From positions 154,679 to 218,678 of the forward strand of contig CAYQXJ010000006.1 in NCBI GenBank assembly GCA_964421565.1: a stretch of 64,000 nucleotides of DNA. Direction: 5' to 3'. Below the pieces are notes generated by a model. The model worked only from the letters and a program-made list of their open reading frames with translations, had not been told where the DNA came from and searched no databases. Source of the DNA: an uncultured candidatus Brocadiaceae bacterium (GTDB lineage Bacteria > Planctomycetota > Brocadiia > SM23-32). The position numbers and the translations under genes are program-made. Positions 9,262 through 19,447 of this stretch are shown in pieces; positions within the stretch are counted from its first letter, which is position 1; each line of letters begins with the position of its first letter.

Positions 9262-10569
9262 CTACCCGCCGAATGTCGGCATCAGATGCTCTTCCTTCGC
9301 GCAGAGCTCGTCCGCCATGTCCCGTATCTCCTGCAGGGAGAGGGCAGCCGCGGTGAGCGGGTCGTACATGAGTGAATGCACCAGCTTCTCCCGGTCGCCC
9401 TCCAGGCAGGCGTCCACAGCCAGGCTGATGGAGCGGATCTGCATGCTGTTGAGGGCGGCGAGCTGGGCCGGCAGGTCGCCCACGTGGCAGGGGTGCAGGC
9501 CCGTGCCGTCCGCGTAGATGGGCACCTCCACCGAGACGCCCTGGGGCAGGTTCGTGATCAGCCCGTCGTTGGCCACCGTTCCGTTGAAGCGGAAGGAGCC
9601 CTGCGTCTCGATCGCGTTGATTATGTAGGAGCCGTATTCGTGCCCCCGTTCCAGGCGGAACTCCTCCTTGTCCGCCGTTGTTCGCAGGCGGCCCATGTAC
9701 TGCTCGCGGTCGGTGCTATAGAGCTTCTTTATGTAGCCGGTCTCGCCGTTCATGCCTTCGCCGGCGAAGCGTTCGAGCAGGTCCTCGCGCTTGCGGAACC
9801 AGGGGTTGTACTCGCTGTTATGGCCGCTGCTCTCTGTGACGTAGTAGCCGAGCTGGCGAAGCATCTCCACGCGCACCCGGTTGCGCGCGAACCATTCGTC
9901 GTTCTCGCGGGCGGCCTGCCGAATGCGCTCGTAGACGTCGGCGCCGTTGTGCAGGTACTGCAGCACCCAGGCGGTGTGGTTGATGCCCGCCGTCCAGGAG
10001 GAGCACTGCTCCGGCTCCTCGCCGATGATGCGCGCCAGCTCGCGATGGGCGCCCTGCACGCTGTGGCAGAGCCCCACCAGTCGGATGTCGGTCGCCTTGC
10101 GAATCCCGTGGCAGAGCATGCTCATGGGGTTGGTGTAGTTGAGCATCAGGGCATGCGGGCAGAGCTCCTCCACGTCGCGCGCAATGTCCACCATCACGGG
10201 GATGGTGCGCATCGCGCGAAAGATGCCGCCCGGGCCCATGGTGTCGGCGATGCACTGATCGACGCCGTACTTCAGGGGGATGTCGACCTCCCACTGGATC
10301 GGCTCGCGCCCGCCGACCAGTATGCTCACGATCACGTAGTCGGCCCCTTCGAGCGCTTCGCGTCGGTCGGTCGTCACGCTGACCCTGGCGGCATGGCCGC
10401 CCTGGGCGATCATCTTCTTCGCGATGGTCTCCATGTATCCGAGGGGCTCGGGGTCGATGTCCATCAGGCGGAAGGTCGAATCCTGAAGGGCCGGGAAGCT
10501 GAGCGTATCGCGGATCATGGCCTGCGCGAAGACATGGCTTCCGGCACCGATGATGGCTATCTGAGGCAT
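9262..10569 (-). CDS. Glycoside hydrolase family 4 (NAD+/Mn2+-dependent alpha-glucosidase or 6-phospho-glycosidase-like)
   Basis: MPQIAIIGAGS is a Rossmann N-terminus. GLCHSVQG and NYTNP are also GH4 motifs. This is a paralog of 43323..44651. Confidence 0.8.
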   Translation of the reverse strand: MPQIAIIGAGSHVFAQAMIRDTLSFPALQDSTFRLMDIDPEPLGYMETIAKKMIAQGGHAARVSVTTDRREALEGADYVIVSILVGGREPIQWEVDIPLKYGVDQCIADTMGPGGIFRAMRTIPVMVDIARDVEELCPHALMLNYTNPMSMLCHGIRKATDIRLVGLCHSVQGAHRELARIIGEEPEQCSSWTAGINHTAWVLQYLHNGADVYERIRQAARENDEWFARNRVRVEMLRQLGYYVTESSGHNSEYNPWFRKREDLLERFAGEGMNGETGYIKKLYSTDREQYMGRLRTTADKEEFRLERGHEYGSYIINAIETQGSFRFNGTVANDGLITNLPQGVSVEVPIYADGTGLHPCHVGDLPAQLAALNSMQIRSISLAVDACLEGDREKLVHSLMYDPLTAAALSLQEIRDMADELCAKEEHLMPTFGG

Positions 10570-10724
10570 GTGCGTCACTCCGTTTGGGTGTTGAGCTGGA
10601 GTTGAGGGGCGCGGGATGCAGCCCCGTAGGGGTAGCGGGCGGGGCATTGTAGCGACGGCGGCCGACGGGCGCAACGGCGCGCCCGCGCACCGCCGCTACG
10701 GCTGCGGCCGGCACGGTTCCCAGG

Positions 10725-10753
10725 TTGCGATGCCGGCGCCGTTTGTGTAGTAT
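10725..10753 (+). promoter_or_regulatory. Putative sigma70 promoter upstream of metX
   Basis: The -35 element is TTGCGA at 10725-10730. A 17-nt spacer separates it from the -10 element TAGTAT at 10748-10753. Confidence 0.4.
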
Positions 10754-10822
10754 GGATTCTCCGGGTGCACGCCTCCTCCGGCTGCGTTGCGTCCGCACAC
10801 CCTGACCGATCCCGCTCGAGAC

Positions 10823-11986
10823 ATGTGTGAACAGCAAACCGTAGGCGTCGTGGAAACGCAGAGCTGGCGGTTCGCCGAACCGCCAGACCGCCTGGTGCTG
10901 CGCAGCGGCGTGGAGTTTGGGCCGATCGACGTGGCCTACGAGACCTACGGCGAACTGAACCCCCGCCGGGACAATGCCGTGCTGATATGCCACGCGCTCA
11001 GCGGCGACGCCCACGTGGCCGGCTACGGCAGCGCCGAGGAGGCGAAGCCGGGCTGGTGGGACGTTATGGTCGGCCCCGGCAAGGGCATTGACACCGACCG
11101 TTACTTCGTCATCTGTTCGAACTGTCTCGGCGGTTGCAAGGGCACTACGGGCCCCTCCTCAGTCAACCCCGCCACGGGCGAGCCCTACGCGCTGGACTTC
11201 CCCATGGTGACCATCAGCGACATGGTGAAGGTCCAGCACGCGCTGGTGACCGAGCGTCTGGGCCTGCAGAAGCTGCTCTGCGTGGTCGGCGGCTCGATGG
11301 GCGGCATGCAGGTGCTGCAGTGGGCCATCGACTATCCGGAGATGGTCGTATCCGCGATGCCGATCGCCACCACGAGCCGGCTCAGCGCCCAGAGTATCGC
11401 CTTCGACGAGGTGGGCCGGCAGGCGATCATCAGCGACCCGAACTGGAACGACGGGAACTACTACCGCGGCGAGCCGCCGCGTCGCGGCCTCGCCGTTGCG
11501 CGCATGGTCGGGCATATCACCTACCTGAGCGACCGAAGCATGCGGGAGAAGTTCGGCCGCGGCCTGCAGGACAAAGAGGAGGTGGGCTACGACTTCGGCC
11601 CGCCGGACTTCCAGGTGGAAAGCTACCTGCGCTACCAGGGGGGCAAGTTTGTCCAGCGCTTCGACGCCAACTCTTACCTCTACATCACCAAGGCGATGGA
11701 CTACTTCGACCTGCCGGCGGATTACGGATCGCTGATCAGCGCCTTCCGCGAAGTGCAGAGCCGGTTCCTGGTCATCTCGTTCAGCGGCGACTGGCTGTTC
11801 CCCACCTACCAGTCGAAGGAGATCGTGCGCGCCCTGCAGGCAAACGGCGCCGTGACCACGTTCTGCGAGCTGCAGTCCGAGTACGGCCACGACGCCTTTC
11901 TGTTGAAAGACGAGCAGTTGAGCGACATCATCCGCGGCTTCCTGCACCATACGCAACGGGCCGCACGAGCACCAGCCACGGACTGA
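10823..11986 (+). CDS. metX: Homoserine O-acetyltransferase
   Basis: [14 protein letters not shown] and [14 protein letters not shown] are alpha/beta-hydrolase MetX motifs, along with [17 protein letters not shown]. The gene is followed by metW. Confidence 0.8.
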   Translation: MCEQQTVGVVETQSWRFAEPPDRLVLRSGVEFGPIDVAYETYGELNPRRDNAVLICHALSGDAHVAGYGSAEEAKPGWWDVMVGPGKGIDTDRYFVICSNCLGGCKGTTGPSSVNPATGEPYALDFPMVTISDMVKVQHALVTERLGLQKLLCVVGGSMGGMQVLQWAIDYPEMVVSAMPIATTSRLSAQSIAFDEVGRQAIISDPNWNDGNYYRGEPPRRGLAVARMVGHITYLSDRSMREKFGRGLQDKEEVGYDFGPPDFQVESYLRYQGGKFVQRFDANSYLYITKAMDYFDLPADYGSLISAFREVQSRFLVISFSGDWLFPTYQSKEIVRALQANGAVTTFCELQSEYGHDAFLLKDEQLSDIIRGFLHHTQRAARAPATD

Positions 11987-12009
11987 ACGCACAGTGAGGA
12001 GCACGTCAG

Positions 12010-12612
12010 ATGCCCGTGCGGCTGGACTACCAGATGATCGAGCGCTACGTGGAGCCCGGCAGCCGGGTGCTCGACCTGGGGTGCGGCGACGGCACGCTGC
12101 TGGATGACCTGATCCGCCAGAAGGGCGTCGAAGGGCGGGGCATCGACGTCGACCTGGACGAGGTCCAACAGTGCATCGCCCGCGGCGTGCCGGTCTATCA
12201 CGGCGACATGATGGAGGCGCTGGCGATGTTCGCCGACGATTCCTTCGACACCGTGATACTGAGCCAGACCCTGCAGCAGACGCGGGAGCCGGAGAAGGTC
12301 GTGCGCGAGATGATGCGCGTGGGGCGGCGCGGCATCATAAGCTTCCCCAACTTCGGACACTGGCGCGCGCGCCTGCAACTGCTGTTGAGGGGCCGGATGC
12401 CGATCACCAGGGTGCTGCCCTACACGTGGTACAACACGCCGAACATTCGGGTGCTGACCATTAAGGACTTCATCGATTTCTGCCGGGAGGAGGGAATGCG
12501 CATCGTCGACAGGCATTACCTGACGGCCGGCTACCGGCCGATTCCCGCGTTGCTGGGCAACTGGCGCGCGAGTCTGGCCATATTCATTGTCGAGCCCGAC
12601 CGCCCGCACTGA
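12010..12612 (+). CDS. metW: Methionine biosynthesis protein MetW
   Basis: VLDLGCGDGTLL is a methyltransferase-like fold motif. The gene has the typical ~200 aa MetW length and sits directly after metX. Confidence 0.8.
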   Translation: MPVRLDYQMIERYVEPGSRVLDLGCGDGTLLDDLIRQKGVEGRGIDVDLDEVQQCIARGVPVYHGDMMEALAMFADDSFDTVILSQTLQQTREPEKVVREMMRVGRRGIISFPNFGHWRARLQLLLRGRMPITRVLPYTWYNTPNIRVLTIKDFIDFCREEGMRIVDRHYLTAGYRPIPALLGNWRASLAIFIVEPDRPH

Positions 12613-12623
12613 GGTGCCGAAAC

Positions 12624-13301
12624 ATGGCGAACAGACGCGGCAAGCAGAAGGCGAAGCTGCAGGAACTCAAAGAGCGCGCCGCCCGCATACTCGACCGGCT
12701 GGAGCAGGAGCACCCCGACGCGCGGATATACCTCGACTACAACGGCCCCTGGCAACTGCTGATCGCCACCATCCTCGCCGCCCAGTGCACGGATGAGAAG
12801 GTCAACCAGGTGACGCCCGAACTGTTCGAGCGCTGGCCCACGCCGCAGGACCTGGCCGAGGCGGACCAGCAGCAGGTGCAGCAGATCATTCGCCCGACGG
12901 GCACCTTTCGGCGCAAGCAGCAGGCCATACAGCGCGTCTCGCGCATCCTGGTGGAGAAGTACGACGGCCAGGTGCCGAATGACCTGGACGCGCTGACCGA
13001 CATCAAGGGGGTCGGGCGCAAAACCGCTTCCATCGTGCTCGCCCAGGCATACGGCGCAAACGCCATCGGGGTGGACACTCACGTGGAGCGCGTCACGAAG
13101 CGGCTCGGCCTGGCATGGCATAAGACCGTGAACGCGGTGGAGAAGGATCTGCGGGCCGTCATAGCCGAGGAGCGACTCGGCCGGGCGACCGAACTGCTCA
13201 CCACCCACGGACGCCGCGTCTGCACGGCCAGCAAGCCCGACCATGCGCACTGCTGCGTCAAGGACCTGTGCGACTACTATCTGGAGCAGGTGCAGGGCTG
13301 A
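12624..13301 (+). CDS. nth: Endonuclease III (DNA glycosylase/AP lyase)
   Basis: LTDIKGVGRKTASIVL is a helix-hairpin-helix GVG motif. The C-terminal [4Fe-4S] loop is CTASKPDHAHCCVKDLC. Confidence 0.85.
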   Translation: MANRRGKQKAKLQELKERAARILDRLEQEHPDARIYLDYNGPWQLLIATILAAQCTDEKVNQVTPELFERWPTPQDLAEADQQQVQQIIRPTGTFRRKQQAIQRVSRILVEKYDGQVPNDLDALTDIKGVGRKTASIVLAQAYGANAIGVDTHVERVTKRLGLAWHKTVNAVEKDLRAVIAEERLGRATELLTTHGRRVCTASKPDHAHCCVKDLCDYYLEQVQG

Positions 13302-13322
13302 CGTCACCGCCCGGAGGATGCC

Positions 13323-15626
13323 ATGGCCCCTACGCCGAAGCGCTATCGCATCACCGCGCGCGGGCGCGTGCAGGGCGTCGGGTTCCGGCCGACCTTCTAC
13401 CGCGAGATGATCCGGCGCGGCCTGGCGGGCAGCATCCGCAACACGCCGCAGGGCGTGGTGCTCGAAGTCGAGGGTGCCCCGCAGGCCGTGCAGGCCGTTG
13501 CCCGTGACTTCCGCCGAATGGCGCCGCAGCGCGCCCGGGTCGATGAGCTGAACGTCGAAGAACTCGAGCCCACGGGCGAGAGCGGATTCAGCATCGTGCG
13601 CAGCTCCGAGGCGGGCCGCAGCCTGCTGCCCATCCCCCCCGACCTGGCGACCTGTTCGCAATGCCGCTGCGAGCTATACTCCCGCGCGGATCGACGGGCC
13701 GGCTACCCCTTCAACACGTGCACCACCTGTGGGCCGCGGTTCAGTATCGCGCGGGCCGTGCCGTTCGACCGCGAGACGAACACCATGGCCGAGTTCCCGC
13801 CCTGCGAGGAGTGCGCGCGTGAGTATGCCAGCCCCGCCGACCGCCGCCTCCACGCCCAGACTATATCCTGCCCCGCCTGCGGTCCTTCGCTGAGCTTCCT
13901 CTCGCCCCGGGGCCGGGAACTGGACGGACCTCTGCAGCGGGCGCGACGGATGCTGCGGGACGGCAAGGTTCTGGCCGTCAAGGGGGTGGGCGGCTTTCAC
14001 CTGGCGTGCGACGCCACGCGGGAGGACGTCATTAACCGACTGAGGAGGGCGAAGGCTCGTCCCGCGAAGCCCTTCGCCATCATGGTTGCCGGCGTCGAAG
14101 CGGCGCGAGAGGTCTGCTGCGTCTCGGGGTCCGAAGAGGCCATGCTCCGCTCGCCGGCCTCGCCCATCGTGTTGCTCACCCGCAGGGCTTGCTGTCCGGC
14201 GGCACGAGCCGTGGCGCCGGGGCTTTCGGAGCTGGGCGTCATGCTGGCGTACACCCCGCTGCACATGATGCTGTTTGCGCCGCCCGGTGCGGAGCCGGAC
14301 ACGTCCTTTCCGTTGGCGCTCGTGATGACGAGCTGCAACCGCGCCGACGAACCCATAGCGCTGACGCCGCAGCACGTGCTGGAGCAGATGGGCGACATAG
14401 TCGACGGCGTCCTGACGCACAACCGGCGGATCGCCAACCGGTGCGATGATTCGGTCGTCGCGCCGTTTCGCGGAAGGCCGCTGCTGGTGCGGCGCTCTCG
14501 CGGTTACGTGCCGGAGCCCGTGCTGATCGCACACGAGCCTCCGCCGCTGCTCGCCACCGGCGGTATGAACAAGGTTGTTTTCGCGCTCAGCAGCGGACGG
14601 CGCGTCTTCCTCTCGCAGCATATCGGCGACGTGAGCGACGCCGACAGCGCGGCATTCTTCGCCGAGGCGCTGCGAGAGTTCGGCCGATTGCTGCGATTGG
14701 AGCCCCAAGTCGTGGTTTGCGACCTGCATCCCGACTACCCCACCACCGCCTTCGCGCGCGAGCTGGCGGCGAAGCGGGCCCTGCCCTTGATGCAGGTGCA
14801 GCACCACTACGCCCACATCGCCGGGGTCATGGCGGAGCACGGCGAGCCCGGCCCCGTGATCGGCGTCAGTTGGGACGGCAGCGGCTACGGCGAGGACGGC
14901 GCCGTCTGGGGCGGAGAGTTCCTGCTCTGCACGGCGACCGGATACGAGAGGCGCTGCCACCTCGGCTATGTGCCGCTGCCCGGCGGCGAACAGGCGATAC
15001 GGCATCCGGCGCGGGTCGCGCTTTCCCACCTGGCTCGCTGGCTCGGCCCGGACGAAGCACTGCGCCGCATGTCGCCCATCATGGGTGACGAGCAGGCGGA
15101 ACTCGCGCTCCGGGTGCGCGAGCGCGAACGGTTCAGCCCCCGCACGTCGAGCGCCGGCCGCCTCTTTGACGCCGTCAGCGCGTTGCTCGGGGTCTGCCGA
15201 GAGGCAACCTACGAGGGGCAGCCGGCCATCGAGTTGGAGGCGGCCTGCGTGCCCGGTCGGGCGGACGTCTATCAGTTCGGTTATGATGAAGGTGAGGTGC
15301 TGCTGCAAGGCGTGTTTCGTGGCGTCTGCGAGGACATAGACGCCGGCCGGGCGGTCGGCGCCATCTCGGCCCGTTTCCACGCGACGATGGCGCGGATCAT
15401 CGTGGAAACATGCCGCCGTCTGCGCCGGCAGACGCAGATCGATGCCGTCGCCTGCGCCGGTGGCGTGATGCAGAACCGCACGCTGCTGCGGATGGCGGTG
15501 GACGGGCTGGAGGCGGACGGGTTCCGCGTGCTGCTGCCCCGCGATGTGCCGCCGAACGACGCCGGCACCTCCTTCGGTCAGGCCGCGTGGGCGGCCGCCG
15601 TCCTTTGCACGCAGGGAGGATCGTAG
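13323..15626 (+). CDS. hypF: [NiFe] hydrogenase maturation carbamoyltransferase HypF
   Basis: N-terminal acylphosphatase domain (RVQGVGFRPTFY), two CxxC zinc-finger pairs, YrdC-like and Kae1-like domains, ~767 aa. Confidence 0.9.
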   Translation: MAPTPKRYRITARGRVQGVGFRPTFYREMIRRGLAGSIRNTPQGVVLEVEGAPQAVQAVARDFRRMAPQRARVDELNVEELEPTGESGFSIVRSSEAGRSLLPIPPDLATCSQCRCELYSRADRRAGYPFNTCTTCGPRFSIARAVPFDRETNTMAEFPPCEECAREYASPADRRLHAQTISCPACGPSLSFLSPRGRELDGPLQRARRMLRDGKVLAVKGVGGFHLACDATREDVINRLRRAKARPAKPFAIMVAGVEAAREVCCVSGSEEAMLRSPASPIVLLTRRACCPAARAVAPGLSELGVMLAYTPLHMMLFAPPGAEPDTSFPLALVMTSCNRADEPIALTPQHVLEQMGDIVDGVLTHNRRIANRCDDSVVAPFRGRPLLVRRSRGYVPEPVLIAHEPPPLLATGGMNKVVFALSSGRRVFLSQHIGDVSDADSAAFFAEALREFGRLLRLEPQVVVCDLHPDYPTTAFARELAAKRALPLMQVQHHYAHIAGVMAEHGEPGPVIGVSWDGSGYGEDGAVWGGEFLLCTATGYERRCHLGYVPLPGGEQAIRHPARVALSHLARWLGPDEALRRMSPIMGDEQAELALRVRERERFSPRTSSAGRLFDAVSALLGVCREATYEGQPAIELEAACVPGRADVYQFGYDEGEVLLQGVFRGVCEDIDAGRAVGAISARFHATMARIIVETCRRLRRQTQIDAVACAGGVMQNRTLLRMAVDGLEADGFRVLLPRDVPPNDAGTSFGQAAWAAAVLCTQGGS

Positions 15627-15627
15627 G

Positions 15628-15867
15628 GTGTGCTGGGCGATCCCCGTTCAAATAACGGCGATTGACGGCCCGGTCGGCACGGTCGAGTTGTCGGGCACGC
15701 GGCGCGAAGTGGGCCTGCAGCTTATCGAGGAGCCGCGCGTGGGCGACTATGTGCTGGTACACGCCGGGTTTGCCATACAGAAGATCGACGAGCAGGAGGC
15801 GCAGGAGACGCTGAAGCTGTTCGACGAGATGTTTGCGCAGGAGCCGGAGGGTGATGAGGTTCGTTGA
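15628..15867 (+). CDS. hypC: Hydrogenase assembly chaperone HypC
   Basis: The GTG start gives (M)CWAIPVQI, matching the HypC MC(L/W)AIP N-terminus with the essential Cys2. It begins 2 nt after the hypF stop codon. Confidence 0.75.
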   Translation: MCWAIPVQITAIDGPVGTVELSGTRREVGLQLIEEPRVGDYVLVHAGFAIQKIDEQEAQETLKLFDEMFAQEPEGDEVR

Positions 15868-16948
15868 CGAGTTCCGCGACCCGCAGGCGGCGAAGGGGCT
15901 CGCCGCCCGGATTACCCGGGCCCTGGAGCGCTGCGGGCGCACGCTGCGCTTTATGGAGGTCTGCGGCGGCCACACCATGGCCATACACCGCTTCGGCATA
16001 CCCGGGCTGCTGCCGGATGGTGTGGAACTGCTCAGCGGACCGGGCTGCCCGGTGTGCGTGACGCCGACGACGTTCGTCGATCGTGCCATCGAGCTGGGAC
16101 GGGATGAGGCCACGACGCTCGCCACCTTCGGCGACCTTTACCGCGTGCCGGGTGCCGCCGGCAGCCTGGAGGACGCAGTCGCCGAGGGACTCGACGTGCG
16201 GATCGTCTACTCCCCTCGCGATGCCCTGCGGCTGGCTCGGCGGCATTCGGAGCGGAGGGTGGTCTTCCTCGCAGTCGGTTTTGAGACGACGGCCCCGACC
16301 GTGGCGGCGACCGTTCTGGAAGCGCACGGCGAGGGCGTGGCCAACTTCGCTGTAATGTCGGGGCACAAGACTATGCCCGGCGCGCTGCGTGCCCTGGTCG
16401 AGGCGCCGGAGGTGGCCATCGACGGCTTTCTGCTGCCCGGCCACGTTACGACCATCATCGGCACGGCGCCTTACCGTTTCCTGCCGCAGGAGTTCGGCGC
16501 AGCCTGCTGCGTGACCGGCTTCGAGCCGACCGACATCCTGATGGGCATCATGTCCCTGGTGCGGCAGGTCGCCACCGGCCCCCTGAAGGTGGACAATCAG
16601 TACCCCCGTGCCGTGCGCCCTGAGGGGAACCCCGCCGCGCGGGCGGCGGTGGAGCGTGTCTTCGAGCCGGCGGACGCTCAGTGGCGGGGAGTCGGCATGA
16701 TTGCCGGCAGCGGTCTGGAAGTCAGGCGGGAATGGGCCGGGTTCCGTGTGGAGGGGCCTGACCCGTCGGTTCCATCCGCCGAGTTCGGCGCGTGCCGATG
16801 CGCGGAGGTCCTGCGCGGTGTCATCCATCCACCACAGTGCCCCCTGTTCGGCAACGCGTGCGTGCCCGACTCGCCGCTCGGGCCGTGCATGGTCAGCAGC
16901 GAGGGTTCCTGTGCGGCGTTCTATAAGTACGGCAGTGTCAAACGATGA
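15854..16948 (+). CDS. hypD: Hydrogenase maturation factor HypD
   Basis: MRFVDEFRD N-terminus, CGGHT, GPGCPVC and FEPTD motifs. Confidence 0.85.
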   Translation: MRFVDEFRDPQAAKGLAARITRALERCGRTLRFMEVCGGHTMAIHRFGIPGLLPDGVELLSGPGCPVCVTPTTFVDRAIELGRDEATTLATFGDLYRVPGAAGSLEDAVAEGLDVRIVYSPRDALRLARRHSERRVVFLAVGFETTAPTVAATVLEAHGEGVANFAVMSGHKTMPGALRALVEAPEVAIDGFLLPGHVTTIIGTAPYRFLPQEFGAACCVTGFEPTDILMGIMSLVRQVATGPLKVDNQYPRAVRPEGNPAARAAVERVFEPADAQWRGVGMIAGSGLEVRREWAGFRVEGPDPSVPSAEFGACRCAEVLRGVIHPPQCPLFGNACVPDSPLGPCMVSSEGSCAAFYKYGSVKR

Positions 16949-17955
16949 CTGAGGAGCACGTAAAGCTCGGGCACGGCAGTGGCGGGGTGCTGAGCCGGCG
17001 TCTGATCGAGCAGACGCTGCTGCGCTACTTCGACTCGCCGCGCCTTGCATCGTTGCCGGACAGCGCCCACCTGGAACTGGGGGGCGCCCGCGTGGCGTTC
17101 ACCACGGACAGTTACGTAGTCGACCCCATATTCTTCCCGGGCGGGGATATCGGCAAGCTCGCCGTCTGCGGCACGGTCAACGACCTGGCCGTCACGGGAG
17201 CCATGCCCCGGTTCATCTCGTGCAGCCTGATCCTGGAGGAAGGGCTGCCGATGGCGCAGTTGACGGCGATCCTTCAGTCCATGAAGCGGGCCGCGACGGC
17301 GGCGGGGGTGGAGGTGGTTACCGGCGACACCAAGGTGGTGCCCCGGGGCGGCGCGGACAAGGTGTTCATCAACACGGCCGGGCTCGGCGTGGTGCCTGTG
17401 GACGGCGCGCGGCCGGTTGGACAGCTACAGGCCGGTGACGCTATTATAGTCAGCGGCCCCGTGGGTGACCACGGCGCCGCCGTGCTGTCGCGGCGGGAAG
17501 GGCTGAACCTGGACAGCGCGCTGGTGAGTGACTGTGCCCCTTTGACGGATGCCGCCCAGGCCGTGCTGCGGGCCGCCCGGCGGGTCGGCTTCATGCGTGA
17601 CCTGACGCGCGGCGGGCTGGCGACGGTGATGAACGAGGCGACCGAGCGGGGCCGGCCTGGCGCGTTGCTGCGAGAGAGCGAAGTGCCCGTTCGTGACGGC
17701 GTGAGGGCCATCTGCGAGCTGCTGGGACTCGATCCGCTCTACCTGGCCTGCGAGGGACGACTGGCGGCGGTCGTCGACGCCGAGTCGGCCGACGCGGTAA
17801 TCGGCGCGCTGCGGCAAGTGCCCGGGGCGGACGGCAGTTGCATGGTTGGCCGGATGACGAGCGACTACCCTGGTGAAGTGGCGATGGAGACAGCCCTCGG
17901 TACCCGCCGATTGCTGCAGATGCTGAGCGGCGAGCAACTGCCCCGTATCTGCTGA
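16945..17955 (+). CDS. hypE: Hydrogenase maturation factor HypE
   Basis: The AIR-synthase-like fold carries LGHGSGG and GTVNDLAVTGA motifs and ends in a PRIC C-terminus. It overlaps the hypD stop codon. Confidence 0.85.
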   Translation: MTEEHVKLGHGSGGVLSRRLIEQTLLRYFDSPRLASLPDSAHLELGGARVAFTTDSYVVDPIFFPGGDIGKLAVCGTVNDLAVTGAMPRFISCSLILEEGLPMAQLTAILQSMKRAATAAGVEVVTGDTKVVPRGGADKVFINTAGLGVVPVDGARPVGQLQAGDAIIVSGPVGDHGAAVLSRREGLNLDSALVSDCAPLTDAAQAVLRAARRVGFMRDLTRGGLATVMNEATERGRPGALLRESEVPVRDGVRAICELLGLDPLYLACEGRLAAVVDAESADAVIGALRQVPGADGSCMVGRMTSDYPGEVAMETALGTRRLLQMLSGEQLPRIC

Positions 17956-17999
17956 GAGGTGGCTCATCGAGGCGAGGCAACGCAGAACGGAGCGAGAAC

Positions 18000-19430
18000 A
18001 TGCCTGACGAACCGACCGACGATGCCCTGATGGCCGATCTGGAGGAGCACGGGCAGCAGCACATCGCCCGCTGGCTGCAGAACTTGAGCGCCGAGAAGCG
18101 GCGGCGCCTGGCGGAGCAGCTTGCGCGCGTCAACTTCGAGCGGCTGGCCGACTTCCGCGAACTGATCGCCACTCCGCCCACCGACATCTCGTTCGGCGAC
18201 GTGCGGCCCGCGCCGGTGGAACGGTTGCCCCTGGACGCCGGGCAGGTCCGTGCCGAGAAGGACATCAGGCGCGCTGGGTGCGCGGCCTTCGAAGCCGACC
18301 GAGTGGCGGCCGTCACCGTCGCAGGGGGCCAGGGCACACGCCTGGGATACGACCACCCCAAGGGGATGTATCCCATCTCGCCCATTCGCGGCAAGAGTCT
18401 CTTCCAGCTCTTTGCTGAGCAGATCCTCGCCGCCCGCCGCAGATACGGCTGCACGATGCCCTGGCTGATTATGACCGGCCCTACGAATGATGACGAGACG
18501 CGGGAGTTCTTCGCCGAAAACGACTACTTCGGCCTCGGCCGACCCAGCGTCCACTTCTTCGTGCAGGGCTGGAACCCGATCGTCGACGAAGAGGGCCGCC
18601 TGCTGCTGGCCGAAGAGGACGAGCTGCTGGTCGGGCCGGACGGGCACGGCGGCACCTTCGACGCGCTTGCCCGCAACGGCATGCTCCAGATGCTGCGCGA
18701 GGGCGGCTACGATCTGATCAGCTACTTCCAGGTGGACAATCCGCTCGTCACTGTTGCTGACCCCCGCTACGTCGGATATCACCTGGCCCGGGACGCCGAG
18801 TTCTCCTGCAAGGTGATACCCAAGCGCGACCCCGATGAGGGGCTCGGCATCGCCGTGGTGCAGGGCGGCCAGCCGGCCGTGGTGGAGTATATCGACGTGC
18901 CGCCCGACATCGCGGCGCAACGCGGGCCGGACGGCCACCTGCTCTACCGGTTCGGCAGCATCGCCATCCACATCATCAACGTCTCCTTTGCGGAGCGCGT
19001 TGCTCACGAGCCGAAGGGCCTGCCCTGGCACGTGGCGCAGAAGCAGTACGAGGTCCTGGAGCCGGAGAGCGGCCGCAAGGTCGAGTCGGAGCCAGGGGGG
19101 TGCTATAAGTTCGAGCGCTTCATCTTCGACTCGCTCCAGTTCGCCGACAGCGCCGCGTTCGTCGAAGTGCGCCGCGACACCGAGTTCGCGCCGGTCAAGA
19201 ACGCCGAGGGGCAGGACAGCCCGCAGAGCTGCCGGCGGCTGATGCAGCGAATGTGGATGGAATGGGTGAAGAAGGCCGGAGGCATCGCCGATTTGCCTTC
19301 GCTGGAGGGTCTGTGCGAGCCCATGATCGAGATCAGCCCCCTGTTTGCATCGAGCGCCGAAGAGCTCGCCGAGAAGGTGGGCAGCGCTTGGGAACCGTCG
19401 TTCCCCCTGGTGCTTGAGCCATCCGACTGA
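18000..19430 (+). CDS. UDP-sugar pyrophosphorylase family protein (UDPGP/UAP1-like nucleotidyltransferase)
   Basis: AVTVAGGQGTRLG is the nucleotide-binding glycine motif, with PDGHGG and FQVDNPL alongside it. These are typical of UDP-GlcNAc and UDP-glucose pyrophosphorylases. Confidence 0.7.
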   Translation: MPDEPTDDALMADLEEHGQQHIARWLQNLSAEKRRRLAEQLARVNFERLADFRELIATPPTDISFGDVRPAPVERLPLDAGQVRAEKDIRRAGCAAFEADRVAAVTVAGGQGTRLGYDHPKGMYPISPIRGKSLFQLFAEQILAARRRYGCTMPWLIMTGPTNDDETREFFAENDYFGLGRPSVHFFVQGWNPIVDEEGRLLLAEEDELLVGPDGHGGTFDALARNGMLQMLREGGYDLISYFQVDNPLVTVADPRYVGYHLARDAEFSCKVIPKRDPDEGLGIAVVQGGQPAVVEYIDVPPDIAAQRGPDGHLLYRFGSIAIHIINVSFAERVAHEPKGLPWHVAQKQYEVLEPESGRKVESEPGGCYKFERFIFDSLQFADSAAFVEVRRDTEFAPVKNAEGQDSPQSCRRLMQRMWMEWVKKAGGIADLPSLEGLCEPMIEISPLFASSAEELAEKVGSAWEPSFPLVLEPSD

Positions 19431-19447
19431 CCGAGCGAGACGCCGCC

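Noticed and set aside
10606-10822. Searched the metX leader for a SAM riboswitch (SAM-I, SAM-II or SAM-IV)
   Set aside because: I could not recognise the conserved cores, for example GGCAACC for SAM-IV or the SAM-I kink-turn/GAGGGA elements. Only a plausible sigma70 promoter was seen. A covariance-model scan with Infernal/Rfam would be needed to exclude it properly.
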